From IMG/VR virus record IMGVR_UViG_3300036760_000681, positions 3,062 to 67,061 of that record: a stretch of DNA of 64,000 nucleotides; one strand, written 5' to 3'. The notes under the pieces are model-generated. The model was not told the origin of the DNA, did no database searches, and saw nothing but the letters and a program-made list of their open reading frames with translations. The DNA is from a virus. Below, piece by piece: positions 63,193 to 64,000 of the stretch; the stretch's first letter is position 1; the number at the start of each line of letters is the position of its first letter. The translations under genes were made by a program, and so were the position numbers.

Positions 63193-63999
63193 TCAAGATT
63201 TGGCTTCCGTGCCAGCCTCAAGAAGGCCGAGAAGTTCTTCCCGCAGTATCCGGTGCAAGCCGAAGCTCCGCCCGAAGCTCTGGGCTGGCGTCACGTTGGC
63301 TTTGATCTCGAATGCAATGACACCCTGCGAATACCAAGTAAACGTCAATTGAACGGTGAAGTACTTCGCGGGAGTCTGTCGGCCGATGACCGAGACCCTT
63401 AACGGCATACTGAAGTCACCCTTTTCCCCGTCGAACTGGTCATCAGCGGAACGTCGATAGATCGACTCATCGAACACACGATCAAGGGTCGGGGAAATCG
63501 GCGAGGCAATGGCCAGCCTGATAGTTGGCGGGGCATCGCCCGTCGCCCCATCAACCGAATAGCCAAAGACGCGAAGTACCTCTCCGCTGGTTCCAAAAAT
63601 GGTGCGGTGCTCGCCCGCACTGTCGCGCCAGGGGAGTGCTCTCGGGTAGTCGTCTAGGTGCAAGAATATGGGGCCATGCAACTGAACCTTGAAATCGTCG
63701 CTCTCCCCTTGGTTCACGATGAATAGCTCAACTCTGTCCGGCCTCACCCAAGGCAGCACAACGAGATTGAAGCCCCTGCGTTCCCGCCAAGCGCGAAACC
63801 GAATGACAATGTGGCCAACGGCGGCAGCCACCAAGAACCCAAACCCAACCGCGACGGTTAGCTGACTGAAGAGCGGAAGGTTCTGGAGTACCTTCCACGC
63901 ACCAGCCCAGCTGAACCCAAACGCGGCAAGCACTAGACCGACCCGCCCGAGCAGGGACAGAAAAGTGTCGGCCTTGCCATACTGATCGAGCGCCGAAGT
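63193..63999 (-). CDS. Membrane protein, 5' partial
   Basis: Frame is open to the right edge; two TM helices followed by a beta-rich domain. Confidence 0.65.
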   Translation of the reverse strand, partial: TSALDQYGKADTFLSLLGRVGLVLAAFGFSWAGAWKVLQNLPLFSQLTVAVGFGFLVAAAVGHIVIRFRAWRERRGFNLVVLPWVRPDRVELFIVNQGESDDFKVQLHGPIFLHLDDYPRALPWRDSAGEHRTIFGTSGEVLRVFGYSVDGATGDAPPTIRLAIASPISPTLDRVFDESIYRRSADDQFDGEKGDFSMPLRVSVIGRQTPAKYFTVQLTFTWYSQGVIAFEIKANVTPAQSFGRSFGLHRILREELLGLLEAGTEAKS

Positions 64000-64000
64000 C

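Overview
This GC-rich window is most of a tailed dsDNA phage genome with podovirus-like gene order, apparently circularly permuted. TerL runs off the left edge, and the portal, scaffold, capsid, tail, ejection and lysis genes read leftward from about 61.0 kb. Modules from left to right: (1) 1-6.6 kb, packaging region with an intein-containing TerL missing from the ORF track, VRR-NUC, DUF559, a 1 kb non-coding stretch with a Xer dif-like site, and a P22 gp3-type TerS. (2) 7.7-11.5 kb, a + strand cluster of small early genes including an Ocr-like acidic protein. (3) 11.6-28.8 kb, minus-strand replication, recombination and methylation genes: DnaB-like helicase, a C5 methyltransferase split over two frames, an N4/N6 methyltransferase, a DUF1376 initiator, YqaJ, ERF, ExoX, HNH genes and a repeat-bounded mini-gene array. 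(4) 29-31.5 kb, lysis genes. (5) 31.6-61 kb, virion genes including a 2222-aa polyvalent/ejection protein. (6) 61.2-64 kb, an accessory island with a Panacea/RelE-like toxin-antitoxin pair and a P63C gene. No integrase, repressor, CRISPR array or reverse transcriptase was seen. The best candidate for an undescribed system is at 27.98-29.04 kb: a strong promoter, a DIP1984/DUF6847-like coiled-coil gene and a ~277-nt closed structured RNA with about 10 tandem 7-8 nt repeats, with an 84-nt tmRNA/tRNA-Ala-like mini RNA just upstream. A free-standing paralog of the scaffold core domain (2689-3249) is also notable. All family calls come from recognising motifs by eye; no searches were run.
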